From: Rotaria socialis
Taxonomy: Eukaryota
NCBI GenBank assembly: GCA_905331295.1
Contig: CAJNYD010000223.1
Location: forward strand, 1-64,000
Direction of reading: 5' to 3'
Length of the DNA stretch: 64,000 bases
Positions 52,976 through 64,000 of this stretch are shown piece by piece. The notes under the pieces were generated by a model. The model was not told the origin of the DNA. It searched no databases and saw only the letters and a program-made list of their open reading frames with translations. The stretch's first letter is position 1; each line of letters starts with the position of its first letter. A program made the translations under genes and the position numbers.

Positions 52976-53984
52976 ATGATGTCTTCGACTTCTTCATTAT
53001 CAAAAGAATTTCTTACGGAAAATCAACAACAATGTTCTGATCGCCCGAAAGCCATATTGACTCCAATTATGAATCTCGATCGTCAGTCACAAGGTCAACT
53101 GCCATCATCTACAACTCACATAGTTGTGCCGAGAACATTTTATCGATCGCAAATTACACCTGATCGATTCGATAGTTTAAGTAACAATCGACAATATATA
53201 CAAAGTCCACAACAACGTCGATTTTCAGCAAGTCAAATAAACGGTGATTCAAAAGAAATAGTTACCATGCTTTCCCCACAAGCTTCTCTCTTAGTTTTGC
53301 TTGTTATTGCATGAAATATGAAACGTATGTGCTGATTTTCCTAAGATGCACCATCCGATAGATTAGTTACACTTGAACCAATCTATTAATTTTTCAATCT
53401 CATCTATGACTAATAATCATAATAATACATTAATCAGTACTGTGTTTATTCCAAAAGCCTATTTGTCAATTTCATGTGGACGACAGACAGATTTTCTTAT
53501 TCAGTTGACGATAATCTCGTAAGTCTATGTGTAATAATGATGGTGTGTTTCAATATGCGTTTTGTTACCCTGCTGGAAATTATTTTTTTCACTTCATATA
53601 GAAATCAAGGATGAAAATCGAAAATTTCGATGATTACATGTAGGTCATTGCTAAAAAATGATAAAACTTATTTCTTACCAACATAGTCAATCATCAAATA
53701 AGAGAATAATAAATGGTTATATATTACGTACGAAAGATGTACCTTGATGAAGCCGTCAAGGCTGTTATTCTACGTATTTTAATTGGCAGTAAAGTGCTAT
53801 TTTGTTTGTATAACTTTGATTAAACAAAGAAGAAAAAACAATAGTTTTTCTCTTTTTTTTTCAAATAAGATAAATAATCTTGGCATTTTATTTTTTTTTT
53901 GTGAAAGGTTCTTCACTTTCGAACTCTTACTTGTCTGAACAAGAACGATCTGTACCAACGATTTCAATGCATTCGCAATACCAT

Positions 53985-54015
<31 letters not shown>

Positions 54016-56163
54016 ATCGACCAACAACTAATAATAAACGCGGTGAGTCACAATGATTGATCATATGGCGATTTATTTAAAACAAAAAACTTTAGTTAAA
54101 TCTAATTTAAACAAGAATATTTTGGTTTATAGCTGTAATAAGTATCAGTTCAACGCAATCACCGTTAATCAGAATAGCTTCAGCTGGTACACCAAGTCGG
54201 TCGGAAATTCGTGTGTTATCATCGCCGACGAAAAATAAATCAACTCTACATGAAATTTGTATTTCTCGACCAGATTCACCATCAATATTGATTAATCGTA
54301 CTGGAATTAATCAACCAATACAATTTACCAGTAATACAAACACTAGTACAATTACGCATGGAAATGGAAATGCTTTCCATATTTCAGTTGGAGCACCAAC
54401 CAATACAATTCAACTTGATAATAATAAACATAGACAAACACCAACAGTATGTGAAAAGAAAATTTAAATAAAACGACGTGATTATTTTTTCTTATTCTTT
54501 CTTAAGACGTTTCATCAAGGTGAAAAACGTCGTAATTCTAATGATAATCGATATACATCAAATATTGTTGCGAATCGATTCAAATCATCAATGGCTTATA
54601 CTAGTCTGAATAATAATAATTTTGATCGGCCGTCCATCAGTGCGAATTTACCGCCGGCTTCAAGTTCGATTTCTTTACCCCAACGCAACGGACACGCGAT
54701 GAGAAAAGAGCAATCCGACGTTGATCATTTAACGAAATTACTGATGAAAAGTATGAATGTATCCAATGAACCAAATTTTTTTGGTTAGTAAAATAATTAT
54801 TTTCGGAAAAAAATTGATCTCAACGAAATATCTATTATTTCAAAGGAATGTGTGCTCGATGTAACGATGAAATTGTTGGAGAGGAAAATGGATTGATAGC
54901 CATGGACCGAATGTATCATGTGTCATGTTTTACGTGTACGATGTGTGGATGTCGTTTACGTGGTATGCATTTTTATTCAATGGAAAATAAACCTTACTGT
55001 GAATCGTGTTATATTGTAAGTTGATTTAAATATTGATTGATTGATTGATTTGATTGTTCTTGTTTAGAATTCATTAGAAAAATGTGTGACATGTCTTCAA
55101 CCGATTACTGATCGAGTATGTTTGCTGAATTATTTAGAAGGAGAAGGAAAACGTTAAGATTTTGACGACTGAAAAGTTAAAATTGAGACTAATGCTTATT
55201 TTTTTTCTTCTTCAAATGGAATTAGAATATCGTTCGTTGAGCATTTTATTACGGGAAAAAATGTTCATCATTGTCTAATAAAATAATAGTGAGATAGTAA
55301 GATGTTCCATAGGCACGTGCTTCAATCGCTTAGAGCATCGTGACTATCGTGTGTGACAATGCAGATATACCGCATGGCGTCGATTCGTAGGTGGTCTCCA
55401 ATAGTAATTGAATATGTCAAAATGTTGTGCAAACTAAATACATTATTGGATCTGTTATTTACTCAAATGAAATCACTCGTTGGACTTGGTTATTTTTAAA
55501 TGAACAGTGTGTGACACTCTTCGGATCATCAGAGAAACTGGTGTTCAAATTTTTTGGAAGAAGTTTTTGTATGCAATGAATCGAAAGCGCTCGCTCATCC
55601 TAATACACATTAGTGACTGATAATGATAAGCACTTTTGTTGTGCGAAAATCTTTCAGCATTAATGATATTCCGTTCGAATTTCTCTTGTCCAAATTCTTT
55701 GAATCCTTTATTTATATTTGCATTTTTTTCAAGATTCTCCGTGCAACTGGTAAACCTTATCATGCTCAATGTTTTTGCTGTGTGACTTGTCAGAAAAGTC
55801 TTGATGGCGTAGCATTTACTGTTGATGCAACAATGAAAATTCATTGTATCGACTGTTTTCATGAAAAGTTCGCTCCACGCTGTTATGCATGTCATCGAGT
55901 TATACTACCAGTCTCTGACCAAGAAGAAACAGTTCGTATTATTGCATTTGACCGAAGTTATCACATTGACTGTTATCGATGTGAAGTAAGTGTATTTTAG
56001 TCGAATAGAAACCACGCACGTGAAAATAATATTTATCGTTTTTCTTTTTCAGAATTGTAACGTACAATTTACAACAGAAGAAGGTTGCTATCCGATAGAT
56101 GATCACGTTCTTTGTCTCCCATGCAATCGAAATTATTCAAAGAAAAAGCTTAACCATTCTTAA
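52976..56163 (+). CDS. Zyxin-family triple-LIM protein (LPP/TRIP6-like), multi-exon
   Basis: Ser/Pro-rich N-terminus, VDHLTKLLMKSM, three LIM domains (CARC..., RILRATGKPYH..., FAPRC...QEETVRIIAFDRSYH...GCYPIDDHVLC). Confidence 0.9.
55311..55400 (+). other. Degenerate tRNA-like or SINE-like sequence in an intron
   Basis: A-box-like CAATCGCTTAGAGCA, B-box-like GTCGATTCG, ends CTCCA; stems imperfect. Confidence 0.25.
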
Positions 56164-57639
56164 GTCGAGCAACGATTATTTTCTATGTACATATCTATTT
56201 ATATTGCCAACACAGATAGTCACCGATTCAGTGTTGAATATTTGTTATCGACTTTTTTCTTCTTTTTTTATAGTATTTCTCTCCTTTCTGTTGCAGCTTA
56301 TATATGCATAAGATTTTGTAGAAAATAAATATAAAATGTGTTTTGTTTTAAATATTTTAGTGCTAACTTGATTTTTCTTTAAATCTTTCCAGCCCATTTC
56401 TTTTATTTTATATTTGTGATCTTTCTTTGAACGGAATATGAATTATAATAGATGACTGTTTTAATAAATGAAGATGTTGTGATCGCTAAAAGCTGAGTTA
56501 AAATTTGAAAAAAAAGTCTTTTTAGAACGCTGGTTGATAGTCGATGCGTATACTTCAATTTGTCTAGCCAAGTAAAATGTGAATATCAATGTTATTTTGC
56601 TTTATTGGCTAATTTCATGAGGATTATTCATCGCGCCTATTAATTTATTCGTAGATTAAGTCTAGAATATTGATTGACGAAATTCGATGCATGAAACTTC
56701 GACTAATTCATACGTACTACTTGTTATTAAGCAGATGTTGTAAATTTAAAAACACTTAGGAATATTCAATAAAAAATGCTGAAGGCATTTTAATTTATTT
56801 AAAACAAAGCTTAGAAATACTTTGCTTTTAACTAATCTTTTAGTACAATGAACAAATAATTAAAAATTATATTTCCACGTAAATGTACTCTATTTCTAAT
56901 TTTATATCTTAGCACTCGTTTAGGGCAGCCTCCATCTTGAGATAGATTTCATCTTATCCGTAAAAAGAAAGATACATGCATTGCATGTCAGGCAAAGATC
57001 GGTTGATCACCAGTATCGAGTCTGCTACTTTACATGAAAATGTTTAACGACAAGAACCTTTCATTGCAATTTATTGTAAATCATAGCTTTTATTGTTCGT
57101 AAAGTGCGAAAAACGAGAGCATATTCTCACCTACTTTGATTGCCAGTATTCACTCTATGTGTTGATCAACCTGCAATTCCCATGATTAGAAATACCTATT
57201 AGACATATGTCAGTTATGCTTCACGTCCATAGATCAAATAAGGGAGATGAGAATATTTTTAAAATTTAACATAGACTTTTCCCGTCATTTTAAGTAAGAA
57301 GTAACAAAAATATTCGTGGTCAGCTAGAGTGTCTACCTGTATGCTTTCGTGCGTAAAAAAAGCTACGGACAGCTTTTATATGAAATCAGTCATTGATTGC
57401 TCAAATTATTATGCGCAAAAAATTGAACAAAGCAGGCGCGCTGTCCTTAATTGCGTAGCTGTATTTTTTCATCGGGAGTAGAAAAACAGATGAGTCTTTT
57501 CTACAACTGATTACTTGTGATTTCCTGCTTAGATTATTACATGTAGATGCAAGTATATGCTTTGCCTGAGCATCGACTACTGCCAGAGATGGAATAAGTC
57601 GTTTAGTTTTACTATTTAGAGTACGCTATCGTCAACACA

Positions 57640-59290
57640 TAAACCATTTGACGGTGATACATCGAATCTAACATTCAAGGGTAATTTTAATATCAATTAA
57701 TTAAATTGAAAGCAAACTATTCTCATCTTCGAACACTTATTTCCGTCGGGGGTTGGGTAACTCATTCTTGCTTGAAAATAAACATATTAATTGTTTTTTT
57801 TAGTCAGATTCCACTAATTTTTCGGATGTAACTCTCAATGATCAAAGTCGATCAACATTTGCTGCTTCGTGTGTTGATTTTGTTAAGCAGTATAATTTTG
57901 ATGGCATTGATATAGATTGGTGAATAGATCGATTAGTTCGTGCAAAAACATTTTCACATAAAAAGAACCAAGCATGTATCCGTTGAATTAGAAGACTTTT
58001 ACAGTTATTCATAGGCTAGTATATAAAGAAATCGGGCCAATAGAATGAACCGTTTGATAAAAATACTTTTGTCTTTTATGAAGCAATTTTCGAAGTAATA
58101 AATATGCGATGACTGTAGGGAATGTCCTGTTTCTGGTGATTTGAATTCCAACACTCATCGCCTAGAGGATAAACAAAATTATGTTCTTCTACTGAAAGAA
58201 CTTCGTCGTCAATTAGATGCTCAAACCGATATGAAATATTTGTTAATCGTAGCGTACGTAAACATAGTAGATACTAATCTATGCGATGTCAAATATTCTC
58301 TGCATTCTTTTTATAGAACGGGACCAGTTTAGCAATATATTAGTAATTTAGATTTATCTGGTATGGCTGCATACCTCGATTGGATAAATTTTATGACTTA
58401 TGATTTTCATGTTTTGTTTTCTAAAGAATATATAATTATTTTCGTGATGGATATAGCTGTATGAGACGAATTTTTAGGTAATTATGAAGCGAAAACAGGC
58501 CGCAATGCTCCATTGTACAAAAACAATAAGTGATATTGCTCCATCGTACATGAAATCAACATTCAATTGTGATGCAGCCATGCACACTTATATTAAAGCT
58601 GGAGTATCTTCTGAAAAAATTCTTATGGGTTTACCATTGTATGGACGTGGCTGGCAAGGTTTGTGCTAACGATTTGTATTTTTTATAATTATATAGTTGA
58701 ATTAAGTAAGGCGTAACAAGTGCGAATCTCAATGGTTTTTCACAAATAGCATCTAATATACCGCCGAATGGCACTTGGGAAGCGGGAAGTTTCGATTATG
58801 ACGATTTGAAAAAAATCTTATATTCCGTATACACGATACTGGGATGATCAATCAAAAGTGCCATTTCTTTTTAATCCATCAACTGGTATTTGGATCAGTT
58901 ATGACGATGTAACATCCATTAGTGTAAAAAGTGATTATGTTAAAAAGAAACAATTAGATGGTACGTTTTTCTGGGAATTGAGCAGCGATCGTCAGGGAGA
59001 ATTAGTGAGTGCAGCATACAATGTATTCTCTAATACGGCGCAAACAACAGTATCAAGAACAACGGCTAGATTTACAACTGTAACCACGACTGGATCGTTG
59101 CCTTCAATGACAACTACTTTAACATCTTCAGTGATAGCTAAAAAAACTGTAAGAACATGGCAACCTTACCATACGTCTATTCGATAGCTGACGAAGTAAC
59201 TCATGATGGTAGACAATACAGCTGTCGGCCAGCTCACACATCATTACCAGGTTGGAAGTCAAATTGCGTACGAGCACTTTGGCTACAGGA
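57640..59290 (+). pseudogene. GH18 chitinase with C-terminal CBM12/ChtBD3, bacterial type, with introns, disrupted
   Basis: LISVGGW, FDGIDIDW/E, EDKQNY, DWINFMTYDFH, GLPLYGRGW, GTWEAGSFDY, ISYDD, FWELSSDR, Thr linker, VTHDGRQYSCRPAHTSLPGW...ALW; frameshifts near 57690, 58527 and 59170; in-frame TAG at 58330. Confidence 0.88.
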
Positions 59291-60225
59291 CAAATTTTCA
59301 CGTATTGTTTACCAATTGGTTTATTCTTTACGGCATTTCCATCGGAGATTCAAGAATTCCTATGCATATTATTTTCTCATAACTCCCTTTTTCGGTAAAA
59401 GCTTATATACTTGTTGACATTGTCATCAACATCTTTAGGTGAATAGATGCTTTCATTATTGTAATTAGATTAAAACACGATTCTTTTACGAAAAGTATCA
59501 AATTCTTTTATAAAACTGTTTTGGTACATTTAGGCATCTGTGTACAATGCTGTAATAAATAACACACATAACAAAGAAATGGCTTGAAGCTAGACGTACA
59601 GTTTCTCGATTAGATATATTTACAGTACATCAAAGTGAAAATTGTTTTCTGCTCAAAATGAAGTGCGAAACTATTTAATTATAGAAGCTGGAGTCTGCTT
59701 TTTAATGTCTATATTTCTGTTGCGATATGATAAATAACGTATGAATCCACGTGCAACAGGAAGTTTCACAAGTTGTTCTTTATACGAACGAATGTATAAC
59801 TAAAAATTAGTCTTTCTTTATTTTTCCCTTAGAGAAGTCAGTTGTTAGTTTCAACTTTAATTCTCCAGTTGTTTCTTTCATAGACAGATTGGTCGATCAA
59901 ACTTTTCGTATCACAAATACACCGTATGAGAATTATCGACGCCAACGTTCGTTCTGTACACATAATCGAGAGCTCAACATAGAATTTACTACTATCATTT
60001 TATTGCAGCAATACAGAATTTATAAGGCATTTTCAAAGTATTTTGTTCACTTTCATTTATTATTCAAAAATATTGCTCGTTTATTCGTACAATGAAAAAA
60101 CATCAATAAAAACAAGTGTATAAAATATAGTCAACAATAAATACAAAGTAATGTGTACAATGAATACAAAAGGAAAACAATTTTCATCGATATTAGCTGT
60201 TCCAGTAAGAAAGATAAAATCGAAA

Positions 60226-60677
60226 CTAATCGCTAAGTTCGTTAGGTTGGTTTTCTTTATTCGATTGTTGGCTGGTTTGTTTCATATTTGATGTTGGACC
60301 TTTATTATTTTTTTCCTTATTTCCAGATTTTTCAGTAGATGCCTTTTTACTTTTTCTATTTTGAATTGGATATAAAAGTTTTGTCTAGAAATTAGAAAGA
60401 AAACGTTGAAAGAAAACCTATTGAATTTTTCTACGTACTGCTTCATCACGCTGACGCCACATTTCAGCTATCATCTTCATAATATCTGGTTGCATTATGT
60501 TAGGATTTTGTTTCTTGAAAAATACAAGAGAATTACAATTAAAACCTTCAACGAAAAATTTCTCCTAATAACTACCTTAACTTCTTCTTGCTTGTCGACG
60601 AAAAATTTTGTCCAACCTTTTAAATGTTTGTGGCTCTTCTTTGAATTACGACCTTTTTGACTTGAATGACGAACCAT
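60226..60677 (-). CDS. Small single HMG-box-like protein, 111 aa (exons 60576-60677, 60439-60513, 60226-60384)
   Basis: Phase-0 GT-AG introns give KGWTKFFVDKQEEVK/KQNPNIMQPDIMKMIAEMWRQRDEA/TKLLY, an HMG-box pattern, with basic N-terminus and Lys/Asn/Gln tail. Confidence 0.7.
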
Positions 60678-61037
60678 TTTAAATTTGGTTTAGTTTTCTT
60701 ACTAGGAGACAAAAACAACGTTTTAATTTATAAATATCATGTAACATTTGCGTACTTACTTGAACTTGTATAGTTGGTTATAATGAAGTAGAATGAGAAA
60801 TGAAAGCGTTTTTATAGGCTACGATATGCTCGTCCGTTCGGACAGACGTATAGACTAAACCGTTGAACAATAATCGAGGGGTTTATTAAATTCAACGGAG
60901 GAATGAAAGAAAAAATCAAATCAGCGGCGAGAAAAGAATTTTATTCTTAGTCAAATAGGCATAAGGAAAAATATAAACGTACAAGTGAACATTTCTGTTA
61001 TATGAATAGAAAAATATATGGAATGTCTTTGTTAGTT

Positions 61038-64000
61038 TTAAAACGTTGGACGTTTAAAGGCCAGTTTTAATAATTGTATGACTGGTAATTCAACGAAGAG
61101 AAAAGTGAACAATGATAACATGTAGGCGATCGTAACATGAAGAATACTGCCGCATAACTAAAAATAAAAAGATTGATTAGGAATTGAAAACATTCAATAC
61201 GTACAATATTCGTGATTGTATAGTGAATCGCTTGGTCACGACTTAAATAATTGACGAAAACAACTAATGAATGCCAAAGATAAGCACCATAAGTTAATTT
61301 TCCCAATGATTCAAAAAACGGATGAGCAAGAAATTTATCGACGATACCTATTCGATATATTCTAGTAAATATTTAGAAAAAAAGAAAAGAAACAACTATA
61401 AACTAACCTCCATGTCCAGTGAAACAAATCATAATAATTATACTGAGTCCAATAGCCCACGCGAGTCTTGATAAAGTAAGAAATGCAATACGTTCTGATC
61501 GATTTAATGGATGTCCATTAAAGTCTCCGTATGTACCGAAAATACACAGTGCTAAAAGAGTCAAAGCACATAGCCAAGCTACGGTATATTTTACTCGATT
61601 GAATCGAGTAACCCTTGTTTGTGGTAATAATGAATCCCATGAAAATGCATTTGTACGTTTATATATTTCATAGAGAACATAACCTAATATTAAACCAACA
61701 GCATATGGAGCAATACGGCACCATGGTTTAATATAAACATCGTTTGAATAATCATGAGTTGTATCAGACCCATTAGCTCTCGTTGAATACATCTCACTGA
61801 AAATTCCATGATCATAATTATTTTTCGATACGATCACTGCTGTTGTTACGATATCCACTAGGATAAATGCAACAGCTACGAGCATTCCAAACATCCAGTT
61901 CCTAAGATAAACAATTCATATGAAATACTGTATACAGAAAGAAAACCTATGAAAGATCTTACCATGAAACAGTAAGTAAATACAATGGTGAAATCCAATG
62001 GAATTGCATATAAACTGCCAAAAACCAGGTTATCTAAAGGCAGAGCACGTTGCGAATCGTGATACAAAATAAAAATTTCACTCTATTACCGGCATGCAAC
62101 CAGTCTTCATATCAAAAAAGTTATTGATATAAAGTAAATTGCGCCACCATGTTTGTCGACATGTTGACGTTTCACTACCATTCACCGGATAAACAGGACC
62201 ACCTTGGCCAAAATATGATGAAAGATTAATATGGATCAGTAAAATTATAGCATAGAATACTGTATATCTAGAAAAAAAAACATTTTATTTATATATTTGA
62301 AAAATTCAGATCGAGATTAATACCTTAGATAACGATAAACATAATGATTAAGAAGAAATTTCCCAATTGAAACTCTCTCATTTTCGACTTTCGTCATAAA
62401 AAAAATGAATGTAGTGAGTAGACCGCTGAAAAAAATCAATAGAATTCAATTAAATATATTTTAAGCATTCGCAATTACCTTAAGACAAAAAATGAATCGA
62501 CACTCAATACTCCTTGTACAATTATTTGAAACCAAAGTTGACGTGACCAATTGAAAATAGTTAGTACATTATCTAAATTAACATAATTATATTCTATACG
62601 TTGTAGACAAATATTTTTGAAAATTTCTATGAGCGTGAGCTTAATTAAATGAACTCTATTTTTACTTACGAATAAATTATTTTCTAAGAATATAGATTCT
62701 AGATTTTGATTTTAAGGAGTATTTAGAAAAAACTCACCCGAATAATAAGCCGCATAGAGAAATGTATGACCAATAATAATCCACCAAAGCGAAAGAACAC
62801 GAATACCATTTAAACACGATAATATTTTAGGTTGATGTTCGCGATTTAATATTGAACAACTACTCATTAATGAACAACAGCTAACTAAATTTTGTGCCAC
62901 TATTAATAATCAAAATACGATGTGAATATATATATATATATATTTCAAAAGAAACTAATTTACTTGAATCACCAGCTTGCTGAGGTCGAGCAATTAACGG
63001 TGTTGCTTCATTTTCTTGTTCATTGTCTGAACGTTGCGTTTGAGACGTACTAACCGCTGTTGTTGTTCGACTTAATATTGGTTCATAAGTCGTCGCAGGT
63101 GTTTCATCCATTTTCAAAACATGTCTATGTCTATATGCAATATGCATTCCAGTAGCCACAAGAATGAGAAACGCAATCACACTCAAAGTTACACTAAAAT
63201 TAAAACAAAATCAATGATTAGGAAATCCATGACCCAGAAATGTTACATTGTTAAAATTGCTTTTGTATCATAGGAACGTTGATCAAGGCAATGCATACTA
63301 CCATTTTTTAAATTAATGAAGTTTTTAATAAATGGAATTTGAATAGCACCTGAAAAAAGTTTTTATGGCATAACGAAGAGAAAAAATGAAAGTTTTTCAA
63401 TAGGATATTCACATACGTTGATTAATGTAATTGATTAGTTCGTTTTCATTACAACTTTGAGGTACACAAATGCCATAGATAGGTCGAACAGTAATTGATT
63501 GAGTACTGCTAATAATACACGTACGTGTTCGAATTGGTTGTTCAACAACGGTATTATTTAAACCACGGAGATGATGTTCACATTCATATGTTGAACCTAT
63601 CCAAAAGATGTTGCCTTGCATGATTCCGCTAGGAACTTTTCCCCAAGCATCCAATGCTAAAAATCAAACGAAAGAGAAATTAATTTTATTTTTCTCGAAA
63701 ATTAAAGACAAATAACGAGTTACTTTTCAATGCCCAAGTTTGTTTAGTAACGAGATCTCTAGTTAATAATGCGATATCTCGACTACAATTCGATTCATTA
63801 GAGTTGAGTTTAAGATCGAGTTTTATCCATGGCAATGTTTGATTGAATTCCATATTGAAATCAAGAAAATTTTCTTGAACAAATCGAGCATTCGCAATAA
63901 TTTTCGGAATAAGATTAATAGACGATAATGATTCAGCTTTAATCCCAAATTTAATCATGAATAGAAGAAAAATAGTAAATGAATACATATGAAACTTCAT
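61038..64000 (-). CDS. NRF-6-like O-acyltransferase (signal peptide, NRF domain, Acyl_transf_3)
   Basis: DAWGKVPSGIMQGNIFWIGSTYEC, CLNGIRVLSLWWIIIGH, YIKPWCRIAPY, LGKLTYGAYLWH, FVELP. Confidence 0.92.

Noticed and set aside
55545..55895. 116-aa antisense ORF
   Set aside because: Shadow of the LIM exon on the opposite strand.

Overview
AT-rich eukaryotic (animal) genomic DNA with many short GT-AG introns of about 50-70 nt. The gene content (ART+TPR gene, Thr-stalk NHL gene, intron-containing bacterial-type chitinase, double-domain sHSP) suggests a bdelloid rotifer; this is an inference. 1-12.2 kb holds a tandem array of three paralogous 4-exon genes, each encoding a ~191-aa four-transmembrane protein that the ORF track does not show intact. 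An N-gap and a cluster of nested non-autonomous DNA transposons follow. Next come an ART-TPR pseudogene, a small probably secreted protein, an NHL-repeat gene and an sHSP gene split inside an exon by a 926-bp transposon with a 2-bp TSD. A conserved core follows: WDR90, two KCNMB/TipE-like 2-TM paralogs, UNC-45, a WDR91 homolog lacking WD40 repeats, a small membrane protein and a zyxin/LPP-family LIM gene. The window ends with a decayed Bacillus ChiA1-like chitinase (horizontal acquisition with introns), a small HMG-box gene and an NRF-6-like acyltransferase. I found no CRISPR array, rRNA or prokaryotic operon. I cannot support a wholly new biological system; the best leads are the tetraspan array, the intronised bacterial chitinase, the ART-TPR gene and the WD40-less WDR91. 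Gene models were spliced by hand.
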